Notes: generated by a model not told the origin, from the sequence alone. DNA of 62,320 nucleotides, filler included, from Basidiobolus ranarum (GCA_040143965.1; 8 parts of 8 records of this genome joined end to end with filler, not necessarily neighbours in it); one strand, 5' to 3'; counted from the whole stretch's first letter, positions 37,901-51,022 are shown. Made by a program: numbers and translations.

Positions 37901-38960
37901 TTTGCTCCACTATCTAGGTTTAGCTCTATTAGATCAATCCTGGCACTCTCAGCCACCCATAACCTTGATCAACATCAAATGGATGGTAAAACAACCTTTA
38001 TGAATGCAAATCTAGAAGATGTGATCTATATTGAGCTACCAGATGGATTTGTTGATCCAAAACATCCTGATATGGTCTGTACCTGCAAAATTGCTATATG
38101 GACTCAAGCAAGCACCCAGGGCATGGTACAACAAGATAGATACTTACTTGGAATCACTAGAATTCCAAAGATGCATGCCAGATCACAGTATTTACATCAA
38201 AACAGCCAAAGATGGGATCCTTATCTTGGCACTATATGTAGAGGACTTAATCATACCCACAAATAATATAGAAGCACTTAACCAGACAAAAAGCAGCTAA
38301 TCAAGCCAATTTCAGATGACCACTATTGATGAAATAACTTATTTTCTTGGAATCCAAATCAAGAGAGAAAAACCCAATCAGAAAATAATGCTGAATCAGT
38401 TTAGATAAATCCTGGACATCTTAAAACACTTCAACATGGAGAATAGCAAGCCTGTATCGATGCCAATGCATCCCAATGTGAAATTAATTAAAATTTTATC
38501 CAATTTGGCCAAAAATGACTCAAATCAAAGCCAGGAGTTCCATTATCAATCCATGGCAGGTAGTTTAATGTATACAATGGCTGGAACATGTCCTGACATT
38601 GCTGTGGCAGTGGGAATGGTGAGCCAATATCTCAAAATCCAAGATCTGATCACAAAGCAGCAGTTAAGCAAATATTCAGATATTTGAGAGGAACTGTAGA
38701 TCTAGTTCTGGAATATTCTGCCTCTCCTATGCACAGAGTTTTGAAGGTTACAGTGATGCTGACTGGGGAAGAAACCTTGGTGATAGAAGATAACAACTGG
38801 GTACACTTTTCTCTATGGTAATGGAGCCATAACTTGGAATTGTAAGCAGCAACCCACCATAGCACTTTCCACTACAGAAGCAGAGTATATGGCAGCCTCT
38901 GCTACTACACAAGAAGCTATGTGGTCAAGGAAGTTTCTTACAGACTTGTATACATGCAAA
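34931..38960 (+). mobile_element. Near full-length degenerate Ty1/copia retrotransposon (5' LTR 34931-35282; gag-PR-INT-RT-RH), cut by linker
   Basis: TG..CA LTR, then PBS GGTTATGAGCCC (35283-35294). Gag KFDGEDFHLWKF, zinc knuckle CKYCKKPGH, integrase RSDNGGEY and PYTP.QNGVAE, RT QMDGKTTF and LYGLKQAPRAWY, RH ALSTTEAEYMA. Many stops and frameshifts. Confidence 0.95.
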
Positions 38961-39060
38961 NNNNNNNNNNNNNNNNNNNNNNNNNNNNNNNNNNNNNNNN
39001 NNNNTTAATTAATTAANNNNNNNNNNNNNNNNNNNNNNNNNNNNNNNNNNNNNNNNNNNN

Positions 39061-39296
39061 TGTAAACAAACTAACGTGTAGAATATGTTAAGGAAGGTCC
39101 TAGGAACATGTGTGCAAAGTTTGGGGCTTCTAGCACAAGTTTGAAAAATCTATATATATGAGAACTTCTAAGTTGGTAAAAATATTCTAAGTAAAATCCA
39201 ATTGAGAATAATTGATATATCTTAGTGAATTATAAGATAACTAAGTACTAAGCTATATATGACTATATAGGTGTTTAGGCAATGCTAATTTCAACA
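39061..39296. mobile_element. Partial LTR (same family as 21355 and 61090), cut by linker
   Basis: Near-identical to the distal ~235 nt of those LTRs; ends GCTAATTTCAACA. Confidence 0.9.
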
Positions 39297-39322
39297 ATAT
39301 TTGCGTAACTTTCTCGGTCACT

Positions 39323-39510
39323 ATGGGTCGTAAAACATCCGAATTCAAGCTTTTGAAAATGTCTGTCAAAAGAGGATTACATTTGCTCATCGTCGAAGTG
39401 GGCTAATCAAGAGAGTTCATTAGGTAGGTGTGCTATGTGACAGCAAAATCACTCTGCTTATGTTTGATGCCAAAGATGGCTATCATGTAGTAAATGCTGT
39501 TACTACATAA
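39323..39510 (+). pseudogene. MADS-box (MEF2/Rlm1-type) transcription factor pseudogene
   Basis: MGRK/(frameshift)IRIQAFENVCQKRITFAHRRSGLIKRVH*VGVLCDSKITLLMFDAKDGYHV matches the MADS consensus MGRKKI.I..I......TF.KRR.GL.KKAHELSVLCD..IAL.IF. Confidence 0.85.
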
Positions 39511-40301
39511 ATAATCAATCAAGGGAAATGAGCTACCAACTTGATATGATCTCTCAAGTATTTTTTTGAAGAGTACAATCCAGAAACAGAGGGGAAAGTT
39601 TGTGTTAAACAAGGGAAAGGTGATGAGTAGAAGTAATACAAAAAGTACCATTATCCTTAATATATAATTGATAAACACTAGCGACTAGTCTTATGTTTAG
39701 AGATATTTGCTTTGTTTATAAGACTTGAAAGTGGCATTAGTGACTATTAGCAGTGATCCATTTCTGGAGCATCTCCATGAGAACAACTCTGGTGCCCTGT
39801 TTGTCAAATACATCTTCAGTTAAAACATGACTCTTCCATGAATTCATTGGCTGTGCGTACCTGGTTGGTGGTCCCTGTCAAACTATCATTACCACGATCT
39901 AAGATATATATTGAAACACTTACAGTTCCAATTCCTTTAACGTAACCATTGAATCGCTAGATCATCTCTTGCTGTTGATCACAATAATATAGATCTAGCA
40001 TTCTCCCCTCGTTACCGAGACACGAGGCAGTTGAGACCAACTCTCTTCAACAATATATTAACCTGCGATCAAGTCGCCCACAATGAAATAAGCATACTGA
40101 CCTGTCAAGTTCTGGGTACAATTTCTCCTTTGAGTAATCCGTAAAAGTTACAAAATGAAACTAGAGGAATTTTGACCAAATAATAACCCATGAAACACTC
40201 AACCTTTTAGATTTCAATGATTTTATTCATTTGTATCACTGAGATGTCGGTAATAGTATCTTCCGTTGTGGCAATTTCGTGAGTTTATCCATGGATCAAG
40301 C

Positions 40302-40691
40302 TCAGATATACTTTTGAGCGTTACTCTTAGCATATTCTGCCATTGCTTGAGCATTTTGCTCACCGGTATATTCCTCAATGTACTGCCCGTTGTGAAAGAG
40401 ATTGATAGTAGGGTAGCCATTAACCTTGTTTTGGTCACAGATTGAGCCATATTGTGTACAGTCCAGCTCACCAATATGAAGATTATTGGCGGAGAGTCCT
40501 TGCTCATTTGAGAATTGTTCCCAAATTGGTGCCAACCTTTTACAATAGCCACAGTATGGTGAGAAGAACTTTATCATCCAGGTGCCACTGGCCACTTGAG
40601 CAGAGAAATTTTCATCAGTAAGGGTGACATCCTCACCAAAGATGGAAATTGCGTAGAGAAGTCCGGCGACTATAATAGCGAAGAGTTGCAT
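40302..40691 (-). CDS. Single-domain PDI/thioredoxin-like protein with signal peptide
   Basis: Signal peptide MQLFAIIVAGLLYAISIFG; LTDENF, WMIKFFSPYCGYCKRLAPIW, ELDCT, VNGYPTINLF. 129 aa, no HDEL/KDEL. Confidence 0.88.
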   Translation of the reverse strand: MQLFAIIVAGLLYAISIFGEDVTLTDENFSAQVASGTWMIKFFSPYCGYCKRLAPIWEQFSNEQGLSANNLHIGELDCTQYGSICDQNKVNGYPTINLFHNGQYIEEYTGEQNAQAMAEYAKSNAQKYI

Positions 40692-43600
40692 GATTGGAAA
40701 TATCGTATTGTTATATGGTAAAAGAAGAAATACGGGTCTTATATATCCCAACCATGTTGTTTTGACCAAGTGGAGTGATCGAAAATAGCCTGTGAAATAC
40801 ATCAGGGTTAATATTAGATCGTCAGTAATTCGATTCACCACCATTCAATCCTATAATTCAGTCCTAAATATAACGATGTATGATTCATGCATACGTTGTC
40901 ATCGAGAATTATTAATACTTCATGCTTGCGTCTATAGCTAATTATACATACTTGGAACGGATTCTCTACCTTAACTTGTTCGAGTGTGGTTGCTTTTAAG
41001 TAGATTGGACCTGGTAGAATTATTCTTCGGAAATTTGGTCAGTCGTATTTTAAACCAAATCATGTGACTGATGTTACAATAACGATACCAGAAATCAGTA
41101 TAATATGGTAGGCGTCTAGTAGCATTATGTAAAGGATGTTATTGAAATTTTAGATACGAGGGAGAACTGCTGAACTAGTATTTTAGTCGTATGCTTGTGA
41201 TCTTACTCTTGGTGAGTACTATATTGCGAGTACATTAAGATATACAGCAATAGGAAGTCATATTTAGGATGCATGGAACTACTGAATAAAGAGAGCCTTT
41301 AACTATTAAAGAATGAAGTAGAAGTAATACCGAAGGGGAAATGAAAGTGTATACTAATTCAAAGTATTTTCTAGAAGTGATGAAGTTTGCTAAGAGACCT
41401 ATAGCCCAACATAAAAATGTTGGTTGAATCCATTTTCTACATAGTAACATTATCACTTGTCAATCAAATGACTATTGGCTGATATATATGTATATAGGTT
41501 TCTCAGTTTAGCTTCTATTCAAGGGGGTTCTTAAATTTGTATTTTCATATTTCTGAGATATATTTTATATGTTCCGTTTTTACCTTATCTACATTTCTGA
41601 TATAAAAGCTCTTATGTTATAGCTAGTATATGAATATCAGATGCTTAACTGCAATGCTTCATAAGACTAGTTAGTAAAGAATATTGTTGCGAAGGCCATA
41701 TTCCTCGTCACACCACATCGATAAGAAATAAAAAAAGCTAATAGGTAGTAAATTTACTAATTTGTGCAAGCATTAGTGCTACACACAAAAGAAAGTGAGA
41801 TATTTCAGGGAGACGTTATTTGCTAGAGTAACAAAATTCAATCATGCCTAACCAAAATCGAAAGGGAATACTTCCGGATATATGAATCAACGCTCTGCTG
41901 CAAGGTATACATATATATATTTATCGTTGACAAAGACAATGAGGTATGATTTTATTGAGGAGCGGTTTGGCAAATATACGAGCATATTAAACAGACATTT
42001 GAGAACTGAGGTCAATTCTAATTTCAGACTTTAATCCATGTGTGTTATATTGATTTGTAACGGCAATAATATACACCTATACCTTGGAAATTACTAGACC
42101 ACCACTGACTGCCACCCTCCTACAAGCGAAAAATAAATAGCAGCGAGTCATACACTCTGACTAAGAGTCCCAAAGATACACCATAAAAAACATTGATGAG
42201 TTCAAAATCTCTCACCATTTTTGCTTCAAATCTTCAAGAGTCACTGCTTGCGCGATTGGTATGTGTATCCTAGCCTTAAAGATATCGATTACCAATTATT
42301 TAATGGCACGAATCATCACGGATCCTCAAAATTCCACATTTCTCTTTCTATTTCTGGATTATTCGAGATAAATCGGTGAAGTGCAAATCAATGTATTCGT
42401 TATACAAGGTTGAGAACACTTTCATAATCCCAACCCCATAGCTAATAAGATTGAGTCAATATTGAATAATCGTGAAAATCGGAATGGATGATTTACCTTC
42501 AGTAGTAGTAGAAAGGGGTTTGACTCTACCTGAAGATATTGTAAAAGCACTCAAGGATTAAGGGTCACAACGCAAATATACGGGGATACCCCATGAGGTG
42601 CATGTTTCAATGTCAACTTCGATTTAGATGTACACGGGTTTACTGTGTTACCGCTACGACAGTAGCCATCTCGAGCCACTTCAAAAGAGCTGGTAACTCA
42701 CTTAGCATATTGGGGTTTCTTCAAATCACCATTCAAAACTAAACGACGAGAAGTAAGCCTTAGGTAATGTAGGGGATACTCGCGGATTAGTTGATTTCGC
42801 CAGATGTGCTTGGAGTGGCGGTTGCCCTGAAAGGAACCTCATCTTCAACCATATTCAGCTAAAACTATACAACACATTCCCCCCGTAGTATCACGTCAAT
42901 TACAACACGGAGTCATTTAATGCAGACGTCAATTCGTGACTTCACTTGCCTCTGACTGGATTATTTGTTGGTTGTAGTTGCACAAAACAGACTGCCTTCC
43001 GGGTATCCATATTTGGTGCTGCTAGATTATCAAGGATCTGGAACAGCGGCATCTTACCATATTAACCGTGAGTTGACCATTTAAAATTTGGATCGATCTA
43101 TCTATTCATTAACACGGTGTTACAGCCTATTTGACGCCGGATCAATGTTTGTCACAGTTTTCCTCCCACACTGAGAAACCCTGAAATCCTTCAATACTCA
43201 GATGAAATTACACAGGTTTCAACATAATGCCTTCATAACGTGTTACAGCTTGTGGATCATCCCTGGATTGACCTTGAGTTTTAAATTGAATTTGATCCAG
43301 TTGGGATTACACGGAAGTAACAAGTCCAGCATATGGACTAAATGAAAGAAACGTGGCATCATCGTCAGTATGATGCTTGGGAATTGCAATAAAACATTCT
43401 AAAACACGCACTCTTGTAACGTCAGATTGCTGATGACTATATCGTAGTTGGGATTACAGAAGACCACCTCTTATGATGGGACGAGCACATTAAGTTACCA
43501 GTAGTGGCATGTTGGCTCACATGCATTGGTAAAACACGGGATCAAGACTACGGCTTTGATTCATCTTTGCTATTTTGATGGCTGCTCTCCAACTGAACCA

Positions 43601-45919
43601 AGTCTAGCAGTAGTTCTATCAGCCAATCTGTACCAGGTTGACCTCTTCCTTGACGCTCTATGCCTTGGTATTCTAGATAATCCGGCACATAGTGGAGATC
43701 TATGCCAAACTTCTCCCTGCATAAACTACCTAATCGAGGGGATTTTTCCATAGGGCCTGATTTATTTGGAGGTAGGGTCAGAGCAATCACAGTCGGATTT
43801 ATCGAACGGTTTAGAAGACGCAAACCAGATAGCACTCCAGGGCAGATACGAAGTTTAATCCATAACAATACTTGAATACAGCTTCCAGACTTGTGACACG
43901 ATGCCACTGGTAGTTATTGCTGAATAAATAATTATGCATTTGTTCTATGATACCATGACCTGTATCTATCAGGAAACTTCTCTATTCCACTACATAGATT
44001 CATTCAGATACGATAAGATCTAAGAAAGGGTTTCAATCACACTTTCCGTTGATGCTTGCATATTAAGTCAATCTTGGCTGTCAATGGTTATCCCCGTAGT
44101 TTATCTGAATCAACATAGAGGAAAAGGAGATGGGAGGTGCTGTATTACTGTGACAGCAAACTCCTTTCCTGAATATTCGTGCGAGGGCTCTAGTGCGGGG
44201 CGCTAGAAATAAGCAGCCACAAGAAATGCGCCTGAAGGTATATACACATGTATGCTGAGTGGCAAGGTAGGGTATTGATTGATCTCGATACAAGACATAT
44301 TGTGGCCTCTATGATTTACTGTTTCATATGAAGTTTAATCTTGGGACGTTCTACACTCTATCTAGATCATCAAACCAAGTATATCTCTATATGTGCTAAA
44401 GGCTCATAACCATCTAAATATATGTTCATTTGTGCTTGAAACTCTCTAGTCTCGCAATGCACAAAAGTAGACACAATCTATTAAGATCCGATTCATGATT
44501 GCAGTCAAATGAGTCTTCCTAATTTGGCCAATTGCTGAGTAACTGATTATCAATCTTAGATTAGAAACCGGGCCCGGTTTGAAGGAAAGACAAGTACCAG
44601 TTTGCAAAGCAAAACTTAATTATTTGTATAGAGCACCAGGGGCCACTCTAGGAACATATTCCTTCTCGAACTGCTTCTCAACTGTCCATTCAAATACTTG
44701 AATCACCTTAGCCAAGAGAAAGCAAGGTTTGCCTTGCAGATGTCGAGTGATTTTGTTGTCATTTGCAGCTCAATTTGGTTTGGAGATACAGGATTTGGTA
44801 TCGGAGGATTAACTTCTGGGAAATACCCATTTGGGATATGGATTCCAATCTGAGCGATGAAATCGAGACATCATTTGAGATCCTAAAACATTCATTCAAA
44901 AATTCTTCTTGGGTATGCGGTGGGACTGCCATCATAGTGAAGCTATATTAATCCTGAATTCGTATCCCCTTTGGGAATATCCAATTTATTTGTGCTGTAT
45001 CAGAAGTTGAGGGTGGCCGCTCTGCTATGAGCCGTAGACAACCACCAATGAAATTTGTTGGTTTATTTGCTCAGATAATGTAGGTGTTGGGTGTAAGCGC
45101 GGGGATGATAATTCGTTCCTGTTAGGGAAGTCCCCACTACAGTTGGTCAGATCCAACGAGAGGCTATACTGATGAAGAGAATGTCGAAAGTCTAAACACC
45201 CCGAGGCGGCTGTTACCAAGTTTGAAGAAGTTAATGGTCGATATACCCAGTGAAAAGCGGATACTGAACTGAATTGCCATTGGTTTTTAGTGATTTTGAC
45301 CCAGGTCCGTTTCTGACGTAGAAGCTGGAAGTAAGGGAAGCCAAGCATCATGTATCCGCAAATATTTTAGATTACTGATATTCGGAAACTGTGTAACCCA
45401 AGACGAATACAGTTTCCTTATTCATTGCTATTTGATGTTACAACCCACAGTTTACCCTAGATGTCGTTGCTATTTTATAATTTACCATATGTATACCACA
45501 AGTCATTCTTTTGAGCAGATTTTTGTAAACGTAACCCAAAGTTATTTAGCTTGACCCAAATCTTGTGATTCGAACTTCCAGTTTCACCAAGCCAGTTTGT
45601 TAACTGGCCATACCAAACCTTCCATGAAAGAATTCAGCGGTTTTCACCACATCATTCATTGGCTGGTCAAGTATGGAATGAGGGTGATATACTAATTTCA
45701 AAAACCTGTTCTCGCAGAGGCACGTTAACCTGTGTGCAGCAACCGATCCAAAATGTCTATATATACCTCTACAAATCCATTTCACCTCTAACTAGTCAAC
45801 ACCATTGTAGTGAACAAAACATCAGTTCTCAATATTGATCACATTGTTTGCAACTTGAATTCATCCAATTTTCCGTAATGTATACTGATTGTTCCTGGCT
45901 TTCATCCTTTCCAAATCAC

Positions 45920-46753
45920 ATGAACCCCTTTAGTATTAAATCGGAAAAACCTATGCATGTCGAAAATTCACTTCTTCCTGATGTGTGGTCTGAATCACCT
46001 CCTTCCTCACCTTCTTCATCCTCGACTAGCGGAGACATTCGACCAAAGATTTCATCTAAACCCTTCGAATCGCCAATAGTCTGTTCAAAGCCCAAGATCA
46101 CTCCTCTATATTTATTTCCAGCTTCAAGTTTGGCTTCGGACTTGATTTCTTCTTCTCGAGTAACTAACAGAGCCAACTTGAGCTCTGGTCCATCTTATGA
46201 CTACTCCAGTCTTGAGGAGAACTTTAATACTACGGCAGACTTTGATATTTCAAATCTGGATATGCTTCCCTCATGTCTCAGTGATTTGAGTGCATCTTGG
46301 GACAGCTCCATCCATGGGCAAACAATGCCTTCTCCAGATCGTCGCCATAGTATGGACTCTACCACCCAACTCTCAACTGGAGTATGGGATGGCTTCAAAT
46401 CTCCCGAATTTCTACACGTTCAAGATGCACATATGGAAAATGCTCTATTACTTACCTGCTCTTATACACCTTCTTCAAATATAGAGCAACTAGGCTCCGC
46501 AATCATTGAAACAACTACTACCCAGGACAGTAAAAACCTTTCTTCTTTGAAGTGCCCATATGTTGGGTGTAAAAAGCTATTTACAAGCACTCATTCACTA
46601 CGTGTTCATCTACGCCTACATGACCCTGAACGGCCCTATCATTGCGATCAATGTGGCAAATACTTTGACAGAATCCATGATTTACAACGTCATTCGTTGA
46701 CACACTTACCGGTGAAAGGGTTTCCCTGTCCTACATGTGGACGAGGATTCAGC
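45920..46753 (+). CDS. C2H2 zinc-finger transcription factor (3'-truncated by linker)
   Basis: Ser-rich N-terminus, then CPYVGC..HLRLH, linker DPERPYH, CDQC..HSLTH and the start of a third finger CPTCGRGFS. Confidence 0.9.
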
Positions 46754-46853
46754 NNNNNNNNNNNNNNNNNNNNNNNNNNNNNNNNNNNNNNNNNNNNTTA
46801 ATTAATTAANNNNNNNNNNNNNNNNNNNNNNNNNNNNNNNNNNNNNNNNNNNN

Positions 46854-47205
46854 GAAAAATTGGATGGAACCAATTATCAAGTTTGGAAAATTAAAATGAA
46901 AATGCTACTGCAAGAAAAAGGACTTTGGGACACTGTTGTAGGAGAAGAAAACAATGCAAAACTACTGGAAACCAAAGCTTTACTTCAGGTTAAAAAGAAA
47001 AAAGTGCCTTTGACACAATTTGTCTTAATGTTAAAGACAAATTGCTAATTCAATATTCAAGAGCAAAAACTGCCAAGAAGGTATGGCAAGCCTTGGAAAA
47101 CACCTACCAAACATGTTCTGCTGCTCAATAAATTAGTAAGTGAAAACCACCAATTCTTCTAGTTCTCCAAACCACTTCCAACAAACTCCCTAAAAAACCT
47201 TGACA
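46854..47205 (+). mobile_element. Copia gag fragment fused to an LTR end
   Basis: KLDGTNYQVWKIKMKMLLQEKGLWDTV (copia gag N-terminus), then 47137-47205 matching the reverse complement of the 21355/61090 LTR start. Confidence 0.8.
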
Positions 47206-48251
47206 TAAAGAGCATCAACAATAATATGATATTTTTCTTTCACTTTGTTATCTCTGGAGATATACCTTTGGCTGCTGAGGCACTTGTACTAATATATTAC
47301 ATAAGATTCCTTAGTGTAGACCCTTCTCCATGTAGTGACTGGCTTGAATCTTTCAATATGAAGATATATCTTGAAATCATTTACACTTTCACAAATATGG
47401 CTTCCAAGAGGCTAGTATTCTAATTCTACATTTGGAGAATGCTAAAATCATCACCATTATTCTTCAATGTGTTTTTAACCACAGTTGAGTGTTAAAAAAT
47501 TCCTACTGATATCTCGGATTTTATTATACCACAAATGAAGCTGGATTGCTGGGATAGTTATTCCTTCATATCTACTTTGACACAGTATTTCAAGATTAAT
47601 TCGGGTTACCCACGGATTTAAATATCGAGTTGAGGGTCCCTTTCATCATGTGGTTTACCAAATTAGATTAAAACTGCATAGATTGCACAACACCAACGTT
47701 GTCCAATAGTGCCCATTGGAGCATCGCACAAATCTCACAAAGAGTGAGCCCCCTTAATTATCTTGGCTGAGTAATTGCGATACTTTATATAGTCGTGAAG
47801 CCAGCAAAATTGGCCCCTTAAATCTCCAAAATTGGTATGATGAGAGAGTGTGGGAATTGGGATATCAGCGGAGAGACAATTAACATCATTGGTTTCACAA
47901 AATTAGGCAGGTTAGAAATTGGCTTGGGTAAAAAAATATTGGATACTTTCCACATGAATTCATCCACGGAGAGAATCATAGATGTGAAGAGTGATGTAAT
48001 TTATTACACGTGAATATGTTCCTTCGGTTTCCTCACAAAAGTACTGGCAAGGAACTGAAGGAAGCACGTAGGTAGATGAAGATGGTCCCATGTAGCTATG
48101 TTTTAGATAGCTATTGAGGGCAAAAAGTGAGGGCGAGAGTATTATCAAAGTAATTCACAGGATGGTTAGATGGTTGTAAAAGGGAGTGGGAATTAAGAGT
48201 TATTCGAGGAGTTCAAGTACCAAGTGCATACAGATTCATTCCTTCTGAAAG

Positions 48252-49565
48252 TTAAATTACTATTTTTTCTAAGGAATTGACCAAGTTTTGCAGATCACTC
48301 TTGATGTTGTGTGCATATCTTACAACTCTATCTCGAGTGTCCAAAACTTCAACGGTCTCAGTGTATGGATTGTAACGAACATCAAATGGTCGGTTTAGAC
48401 CACGAGCAAATTCTCGCACCTTATCTTTAGCATCCTTGAAGCTCTCAGCGACAAAGTAAACTGGTTGATATTCTGTAATGGGATACTTCTGTACTGCGGC
48501 TTTGGAGGGATCAAATGGTATCTTTGTGGGCTTATCTGACAAACAGTATTCCAACTCTCCAAATGACGACAGTAAACCAGCACCGAACGCCTTAACTTCA
48601 TCACCTTGTCTACAAAGACCGAACTCTACTGTGAACCAATAAATGGTGGAAAGTTTTTCAATATCTTCATCACTAGCACCAAGAGAGGCGAGACCAATTT
48701 CTTGTGAGAAATCGGCAAAATCTTGATTTGCGAACAAAGGAACATGTCCCAAGAGCTCATGACAACAGTCTGGCTCAGGTGTGTATAATGGCTTTGAGTG
48801 ATGACGGATGTATTGTGTAGAATGGAATACCCGGAAAGCTAGCCCGTTTAAGAAATCTCTTGATGTCAGTAAACCCATGACTGGGCGAAGTGAGAAGCCA
48901 GTACAATCTTTCAAGAAGCGGGAGATGTCATCGATCTGTGGGATGTTATCCTCGCGATATCCGCAGTTTTCAATCAACAATGGGAACACATATTGATGCT
49001 CACGACAGGCATGAGATGGATACATGGCTGTGAGCTGGCGAAATACTGCCCCCCATGTGGCAATTTCCTGATCGGTGTACTTGATTCTAGGCAATGGCTG
49101 GCCATGTTGGTAAGTACGAGCGATACGAGTAATCTCAGCACGACGTGCACGGTAAACAGGGTCGTGGGCACCCGGATGGTCGGAATTCAACTCTTCGCCC
49201 ATCTCCAATACCTTTTCGGCGAAGCTATCCAAATCGGACTTCTTTCTTGGGAACCAAGGAACACTGTTACCAGCTGCGTTAGATGCACCGGTGCTGACTA
49301 CTTTAACGTTGCCAGATACACCTTCAAGAGATTTTACAACGGTTTGTACTGTCTCCAAATTATCGGTGAAGAAGTCGACGAAGAAATCGTAATCCCAACC
49401 ACTAGTCTTACTAGGACGTGACTCGATACGAGTCAAGGAAACGTTCAAAGCATTGATAGCTTTGAGGGCTTCATCGAGAACACCAACTCTGTCGTTAACT
49501 GAGAATAGTAAGGTGATACGCATGGAAGCTCCGTTGGTGGTGGCTTTTGGTGCAGTTTTATCCAT
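48252..49565 (-). CDS. PAH: Phenylalanine-4-hydroxylase (biopterin-dependent, N-terminal ACT domain), intronless
   Basis: ACT domain with LTRIESRPS; VPWFPR, DHPGAHDPVYRARR, FHSTQYIRH, PEPDCCHELLGHVPL (Fe ligands), YWFTVEFGL, GAGLLSSFGE. Confidence 0.96.
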   Translation of the reverse strand: MDKTAPKATTNGASMRITLLFSVNDRVGVLDEALKAINALNVSLTRIESRPSKTSGWDYDFFVDFFTDNLETVQTVVKSLEGVSGNVKVVSTGASNAAGNSVPWFPRKKSDLDSFAEKVLEMGEELNSDHPGAHDPVYRARRAEITRIARTYQHGQPLPRIKYTDQEIATWGAVFRQLTAMYPSHACREHQYVFPLLIENCGYREDNIPQIDDISRFLKDCTGFSLRPVMGLLTSRDFLNGLAFRVFHSTQYIRHHSKPLYTPEPDCCHELLGHVPLFANQDFADFSQEIGLASLGASDEDIEKLSTIYWFTVEFGLCRQGDEVKAFGAGLLSSFGELEYCLSDKPTKIPFDPSKAAVQKYPITEYQPVYFVAESFKDAKDKVREFARGLNRPFDVRYNPYTETVEVLDTRDRVVRYAHNIKSDLQNLVNSLEKIVI

Positions 49566-50992
49566 CGTGAAGAATAAGTTTTTTGAGAGAGGGGGGATTG
49601 AGATTGTGTCAACTAGAACAGTAAGGTTGATTGCCTGACAAAAAATAAATTGGAGGCTGGTGCCTGTTTATAAGAAGATTGCCATGAATCATGTGGACGT
49701 GAGAAGTTGAAACAACAGTAGGGTGATATTTTTGAAGGGTTGGTGTTTGCTCAGCATTAGAATGTCAAATGTATATAAATGTATTGACGAATGAGAATTT
49801 CTGATCCATGTTGCTGAGGATTGATCGTTGACAAGATCGCACATGATCTATGGATAATATAGCTCGCTCAAGGATGGACTGCGGCTCATTCTCTTTTAAA
49901 TCCATAATGATGGGAAAATAATCCTAGATCGTGTGAATTTTAACTCTTCATTATGTCGTGGTAAAGAGTTGGTGAAAAGGTACCCCTGCTATGAGTTGTG
50001 TGGATTGTGGGAGAGTTCCCACAAGTCAAATACAGTACTTCCTATAGAAAGTGTTCGAAAAGAAAAATCCCTATTGTGCGCATAGTTTATCTTCAAGCAC
50101 AGTTTGGTGGACAACGGGTTGATACTGGATTTTCTCATTTGGTTCGTTCACAAGGAGCTTCATTTTTATTACAATACAAGTGAACGTTGTTGTTTCAGTT
50201 TCATCTGATCTATCAAGGGCTAAAAAGCTCCACTGCTTGGAGCCGATTCGGTAAACATTCGGCTTGTCGCACAAGGTGAATACCGGTTTTTATTTGGTGA
50301 TAGACTCAAAGAGGAATACTTAGATGTCATGAAATGAGATGAAAAAAGAATCCAAGTCACTAAAATGAATACACCTTCCTTAATCTGTCCCTCTTCCGTC
50401 AGGGAACTCATTGCTCAAAAAAAGGAATTCACGTGCTCACTTTCTCAGGGTCAGATATTTTCTGGAGGAATTACAAGTAATTCGAGCTAAACTCTAATCT
50501 CTAACCCAGATTAACAGTTTTTGCTGGCCAATAGCAGGGGTTGTTAGGAATTTAATCTAGTACAAATATTCACCTAAATAACACGATATTATCTTCATTA
50601 TCGAAACATCTTCCTACATATAAACCAGGGTTCTGTTATTGTCAGCTGAGGATTTATCTGCCTGAATGGATGATTATTTTCTCAGACATGACTCCTTTCC
50701 ACAATACAATCTGCATTGAGCATCTCAGAGAGCCAAGGTTACAATGGCAAAAATGGCCGGAATGTTACAGGCAAAAAACCCAATCACTTCAAAGCTAGCG
50801 GGGTGATATATTCGTGAGTATTTTAGAAGATATGTACATTTACAATTGTAATTAGACTGAGAATATGTCAAGCAGGAGAAAACCACATAAAGATGTGTTG
50901 TTTTGGATAGTTATGGTGGTATAGAATTTGAAGTTTTAATTTATTAGCGTAATTTGTTGACATCAAATGGAAATAATAGATCTCTGCTGATA

Positions 50993-51022
50993 ATATATAT
51001 ATATATATAGAGAGAGAGAGAG
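50993..51022. repeat. Compound (AT)n(AG)n microsatellite
   Basis: ATATATATATATATATAGAGAGAGAGAGAG. Confidence 0.85.

Noticed and set aside
38961-39296. LTR after the linker as the 3' LTR of the 34931 copia element
   Set aside because: Its sequence differs from that element's 5' LTR, and it lies across an artificial junction.
42100-45400. Protein-like fragments (e.g. VVVERGLTLPEDIVKALKD; LGVFRLSTFSSS) suggesting GGT or S41-peptidase relics
   Set aside because: Too short and degenerate to assign without a search.
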